Source: a virus. From it: a DNA stretch of 64,000 nt. Under the pieces are notes generated by a model. That model was not told the DNA's origin, did no database searches, and saw nothing but the letters and a program-made list of their open reading frames with translations. A program made the translations under genes and the position numbers. How positions within the stretch are numbered: the first letter of the stretch is position 1; every line of letters begins with the position of its first letter. The DNA lies in IMG/VR virus record IMGVR_UViG_3300045988_100207. One strand, written 5' to 3'. Below, one piece after another: positions 60,750 to 64,000 of the stretch.

Positions 60750-60923
60750 ATGAAGAAGTATGTAGTAGAAATCGTGGAGAGAATCACCTACAAGGTATCT
60801 CTAGACGCAGCATCATCCGAAGACGCAGAGAATGCCGCAAGACGTTTGTACGATTTGGGTTGTTTGGAGAATGGCGAGTTGGAAAGTGTTTCGTTTGATG
60901 TAGAAGAGAAGGAGGGCGAGTAA
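60750..60923 (+). CDS. hypothetical acidic protein
   Basis: Track ORF 60693 trimmed to ATG 60750 (MKKYVVEIVE). Confidence 0.45.
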   Translation: MKKYVVEIVERITYKVSLDAASSEDAENAARRLYDLGCLENGELESVSFDVEEKEGE

Positions 60924-60924
60924 G

Positions 60925-61197
60925 ATGAAGAAACAGAAAGTATTTGTGTTGATTAAGCACGGAGCAGACAATCAAGACTATTCGGGCGTTAATATTATTG
61001 GAGTATATCGCACCAAGACCGCAGCCAAGGAGCGGATGACAGAAGAGGAGGATAATATCCTAGACTTCTACAAGGAGGAATATCCCGATAACTATGAAGT
61101 GTCTGAAGACAAGGACGAATCATCATGGAGCTGCTCATGCAAGGATAGTATTATGTTTGATGAGTTGTTAATAACAGAAAGTGAAATGGAATCATGA
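60925..61197 (+). CDS. hypothetical protein
   Basis: 90-aa ORF. Confidence 0.5.
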   Translation: MKKQKVFVLIKHGADNQDYSGVNIIGVYRTKTAAKERMTEEEDNILDFYKEEYPDNYEVSEDKDESSWSCSCKDSIMFDELLITESEMES

Positions 61198-61568
61198 TAA
61201 AGAAATTTCTATTCAATGAGTTCGGTGTATGCACGAATCCTGATAAGACAGAAATCGGCAGCGGAATCCCCCATATCGAAATATCCACAGCTTATGTTAG
61301 AGGAAAGTGGACGTATGGAGTGATGTATATGCTTGCTGATAGAGGAGGGTCGTTTGGAACGAACCTCAGCAACACGAATTGGTTCAAGACACAGGAAGAT
61401 GCCATTGAGCATGCTTTGAATTGGGCAAAGCATTGGCTTAACGTACAGATAGAGAAAGAGCGCAACCGGAATAGTTCTGTTTGCAAGAGCGCAGCTAAGA
61501 TACTGAAGGAGACAGAAAATCTACTCCCGAAGAAGAGATATGTACAACTAGAATTATTTGAGTTTTAA
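61194..61568 (+). CDS. hypothetical protein
   Basis: 124-aa ORF, ATGA overlap with upstream ORF. Confidence 0.55.
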   Translation: MIKKFLFNEFGVCTNPDKTEIGSGIPHIEISTAYVRGKWTYGVMYMLADRGGSFGTNLSNTNWFKTQEDAIEHALNWAKHWLNVQIEKERNRNSSVCKSAAKILKETENLLPKKRYVQLELFEF

Positions 61569-61572
61569 GAAT

Positions 61573-61845
61573 ATGAATAAGCAAGAATTTATCTTCGTCT
61601 TCCCTCAGTCGGGTGAGACGATAACAAAGAAAATGAATCCTTTGGCGGTGAAGGATGCAGCCGTGAAGTATCTGAAAACGCAGAATGAGGTAAGAGGAGA
61701 CATCTGTATCATCAAGAACGCACATGAAGATGTTGTGGCAATGGCCTACGTGAGCGACATGATGAAGGTTTCCTTCTTTACCGAGGACGAAAGTGTGAAC
61801 GACATCAAACCGATAGGAGTAATCGAGGAAGGAGGGGAGAAATGA
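61573..61845 (+). CDS. hypothetical protein
   Basis: Track ORF (TTG 61558) trimmed to ATG 61573. Confidence 0.5.
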   Translation: MNKQEFIFVFPQSGETITKKMNPLAVKDAAVKYLKTQNEVRGDICIIKNAHEDVVAMAYVSDMMKVSFFTEDESVNDIKPIGVIEEGGEK

Positions 61846-62225
61846 GCGAAATCAATTTCAAGGCAATACGAGTAAGAACAGGTTCGTGGGTTGATTGTTC
61901 CCCTACTATCAGAAATAGCGAAGTTTTTTCTAAACATAAAGAACTTGGTGTAATAAACTCATATTTGATTGACACCAACACACTCTGCCAATTTACAGGT
62001 GCACGGGATTGTAACGGATTTCCTATCTATGAGCATGATTTGCTCAGACAATACGAGGATACAGGCAGCATCTATGAAGTAGTTTGGAATCAAGGCAACA
62101 CTAGTTTTAGTTTGGTCGATACAGAACACCCTGTTCTCTACCCAAATACTTTAGGGAGAATGTTGCGTAATAGGCAACTAAAAATTGTCGGCAATAAATT
62201 CGATAAGAAAGGAGGTAAGCAATGA
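61842..62225 (+). CDS. yopX: YopX-family protein (second copy)
   Basis: FKAIRV...W...TLCQFTGARDCNGFPIYEHD matches the YopX signature. Confidence 0.7.
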   Translation: MSEINFKAIRVRTGSWVDCSPTIRNSEVFSKHKELGVINSYLIDTNTLCQFTGARDCNGFPIYEHDLLRQYEDTGSIYEVVWNQGNTSFSLVDTEHPVLYPNTLGRMLRNRQLKIVGNKFDKKGGKQ

Positions 62226-62392
62226 AAGCAAGACTAGCAAGGAAGATACTTCTAGGTTCAGAAAAGAAGAAACGATATTGGACGAAACGAGTGATTAAAA
62301 CTTCTTTTGGTTGGAAAGAAGACCACAGAGTTATTAAAGCACTTCAAATTTATCATCGCAAGAGAAGAAGAAAGGAGGTAAGCTATGAGTAA
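62222..62392 (+). CDS. small basic protein, MKxRLAKK family (56 aa)
   Basis: Read by eye; ATGA overlap with yopX; MKARLARKIL...; C-terminal RKRRRKEVSYE. Confidence 0.45.
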   Translation: MKARLARKILLGSEKKKRYWTKRVIKTSFGWKEDHRVIKALQIYHRKRRRKEVSYE

Positions 62393-62457
62393 ACAGGAAT
62401 GGTTCGTGCTCTTTATCTTCTTATTCACGATACTGATGGCAATATTAGGTTGAGAAT

Positions 62458-62874
62458 ATGGAAAGGGCAAGAATCATAATCTACGATGATTGGGCGATAC
62501 TCGATGAGACAGAGACCTTCTTCAAGGATAAAGCCTATCTTATCGGCATCGCCAAATCTACACTTCAGCAGACGCCCGATGCGGTAATTGCTGAAGTTTG
62601 GGTAAATGACCGGCTGAAAATGAAGTTCCGCATCAATAGCAAGGGCAAGGTTCAGCAATGCAAGGTCAGTCAGCATCCAGGGTGGGGTGGTCGCAGAGAG
62701 CGAGCCGGAGCACCGAGCAAGGGCGCAGCTGCCCTCATCTACAGGGTTGTGACGCATGTAAACGAAGAAACGTTTGAGTTTTGCGAATCCATAGGACGCA
62801 ACAAAGGCGCGTGGATCAGACAGGCTATAGCCGAGAAACGAGAACGTGAAGACAAGGAAAAAGCAGGGCACTAG
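62458..62874 (+). CDS. protein with C-terminal ribbon-helix-helix-like domain
   Basis: C terminus YRVVTHVNEETFEFCESIGRNKGAWIRQAIAEK resembles CopG/Arc RHH. Confidence 0.45.
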   Translation: MERARIIIYDDWAILDETETFFKDKAYLIGIAKSTLQQTPDAVIAEVWVNDRLKMKFRINSKGKVQQCKVSQHPGWGGRRERAGAPSKGAAALIYRVVTHVNEETFEFCESIGRNKGAWIRQAIAEKREREDKEKAGH

Positions 62875-62886
62875 GCTCTGCTTTTT
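62858..62886. terminator. bidirectional hairpin between convergent genes
   Basis: AAAAAGCAG (62858-62866) pairs with CTGCTTTTT (62878-62886). Confidence 0.5.
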
Positions 62887-62889
62887 CTG

Positions 62890-63165
62890 TTACCATGTTA
62901 TCATTCGGTCGTATTGTCTATGCCACATATAGGCAAGTTGTTTCTTATATTCTTTTATAATTTTAAAACGTGCCTTTTGTTTCCACTTGGTACGTCTACC
63001 TAATATTACATACTTAACATTCTCGGTATAGATGTATGCATGACCAACGGCTGTGTCCTTCTCTTCAGTCTTTGGGTATACACGTCTTTCAATACCATAC
63101 TTCGCAGACTTCTTTAGCTTGCGAGGAATGCGAGCCTTATAGAATCTAAAGAATCTTCTTTTCAT
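62890..63165 (-). CDS. small basic protein
   Basis: 91 aa, K/R-rich; start overlaps the upstream ORF at the conserved CGAGGTAAGCATGAA junction. Confidence 0.45.
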   Translation of the reverse strand: MKRRFFRFYKARIPRKLKKSAKYGIERRVYPKTEEKDTAVGHAYIYTENVKYVILGRRTKWKQKARFKIIKEYKKQLAYMWHRQYDRMITW

Positions 63166-63364
63166 GCTTACCTCGCTTTCTTCTTGACTTTATCCGGATA
63201 GGAAAGTGATTTTGTATTCGCCCATCCATATTAACAAAACTATACCATAAATAATAACCTCTTGGAAAGAATGAAATCTTAGCCTTGCGCCTAAACCTGT
63301 AACCTTGACTTTCCCAATACGGACGAGCCTTCTTCATTTGTTTCTTAGCCAGTCTAACCTTCAT
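63146..63364 (-). CDS. small basic protein, MKxRLAKK family
   Basis: MKVRLAKKQMKK...; C-terminal RRKRGKHE. Confidence 0.45.
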   Translation of the reverse strand: MKVRLAKKQMKKARPYWESQGYRFRRKAKISFFPRGYYLWYSFVNMDGRIQNHFPIRIKSRRKRGKHEKKIL

Positions 63365-63512
63365 GCTTACCTCGCTTTCTCTTTCTTAAATACCTATTTA
63401 ATCTTGTTATAACTTTTTTCAATACATAAATTTTATCCCCATAAGCAAGATGATAAGTTGGACGCAAATCTTTATCATGATGCGCTATCTTCTTTGCTAA
63501 TCTAATCTTCAT
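63354..63512 (-). CDS. small basic protein, MKxRLAKK family (52 aa)
   Basis: Read by eye: MKIRLAKKIAHHD...RKRKRGKHEG; 32/34 nt around the start identical to 5984-6017 (+). Confidence 0.4.
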   Translation of the reverse strand: MKIRLAKKIAHHDKDLRPTYHLAYGDKIYVLKKVITRLNRYLRKRKRGKHEG

Positions 63513-63966
63513 ACGCTACTCCTTTTTTGTTCAACAAATAATCCAAGCACTCCTTACCGATAGTACTTTCTGCCTTGGAATATTCATCATCGTATAACGA
63601 TTCGTTACCATCATACCTAGAAAGGTATTTCATTCGTTTCCTGTCTGCATCAGACATGATTTTAAGCTTTGCGACAATCACTTCATTACTGATTACCTTG
63701 TCAAGAAACCACAACAGGTTAGTTAACGCTAATTTGTTTGGTTCATAATCGTCAACATTTGATAATTCTGACAGCCTTCCTTGAGTATATTTCGTAAGTC
63801 TATCTTTGTAATTCATACATTTCTCAAAATAGAATACGATAGGCTTGTTGAAAGAAGGAGTAAGCAGACCATAAGCGATACTCATACTTACTTGGAACTT
63901 TGCAGCACCTGTTAGCAGACCTTTCGCCTGTTCCTTTATAGATTCACGGAATAGTTCGATACCCAT
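63502..63966 (-). CDS. hypothetical protein
   Basis: 154-aa ORF. Confidence 0.5.
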   Translation of the reverse strand: MGIELFRESIKEQAKGLLTGAAKFQVSMSIAYGLLTPSFNKPIVFYFEKCMNYKDRLTKYTQGRLSELSNVDDYEPNKLALTNLLWFLDKVISNEVIVAKLKIMSDADRKRMKYLSRYDGNESLYDDEYSKAESTIGKECLDYLLNKKGVAYED

Positions 63967-64000
63967 ATCACGCTTTCTAAAGTTACAGGCGCGGCAAGAA

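Overview
This window is a large internal segment of a tailed dsDNA phage genome. No genome ends and no replication genes are seen, so the genome is longer than 64 kb. The host is most likely a Bacteroidota member: several intergenic regions carry the Bacteroides-type -7 box TAnnTTTG, and two of them also have a TTTG -33 box 20 nt upstream.

Layout:
- 1-6.8 kb (+): tightly packed small early-type ORFs, including YopX and a small SAM-methyltransferase.
- 6.9-9.5 kb (-): lysis cassette (holin, Amidase_2 endolysin, unimolecular-spanin-like lipoprotein) plus small membrane ORFs.
- 9.7-11.2 kb (+): a minimal 6-TM rhomboid-like protease and an HNH/NUMOD homing endonuclease.
- 11.3-20.6 kb (-) and 20.7-28.4 kb (+): divergent morphogenesis operons. 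These hold a 921-aa structural protein, TerL, connector-like proteins, a portal-like protein, then a scaffold-like protein, a capsid-like protein and a 1,238-aa collagen-repeat tail fibre with a C-terminal SGNH-esterase-like domain.
- 28.5-29.6 kb (-): a two-gene moron (lipoprotein plus HARE-HTH/PD-(D/E)xK nuclease).
- 29.8-32.9 kb (+): an orphan operon.
- 33.0-54.8 kb (-): a late operon dominated by one 17,808-nt ORF (5,935 aa). It combines ParB-like, N6-MTase (NPPF), strawberry-notch-like helicase and two HExxH motifs with hydrophobic Gly/Ala-rich segments.
- 55.0-55.6 kb: a 645-bp non-coding hub with phased repeats.
- 55.6-56.4 kb: an XRE repressor with three palindromic operators between divergent promoters.
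- 56.8-62.9 kb (+): a second array of small ORFs.
- 62.9-64 kb (-): a tandem family of small basic proteins.

Most notable signals:
1. The giant polyvalent ORF.
2. A 17-nt element, GTTGGARCACGGCAAAR, placed exactly 17 nt upstream of the -7 box at all four late transcription units.
3. A 47-nt GC-rich structured repeat whose two copies differ by compensatory base changes.
4. The phage-borne rhomboid.

No rRNA, tRNA, CRISPR array, integrase or transposase was recognised by eye. All functional calls rest on motifs read from the translations. No database search was possible.
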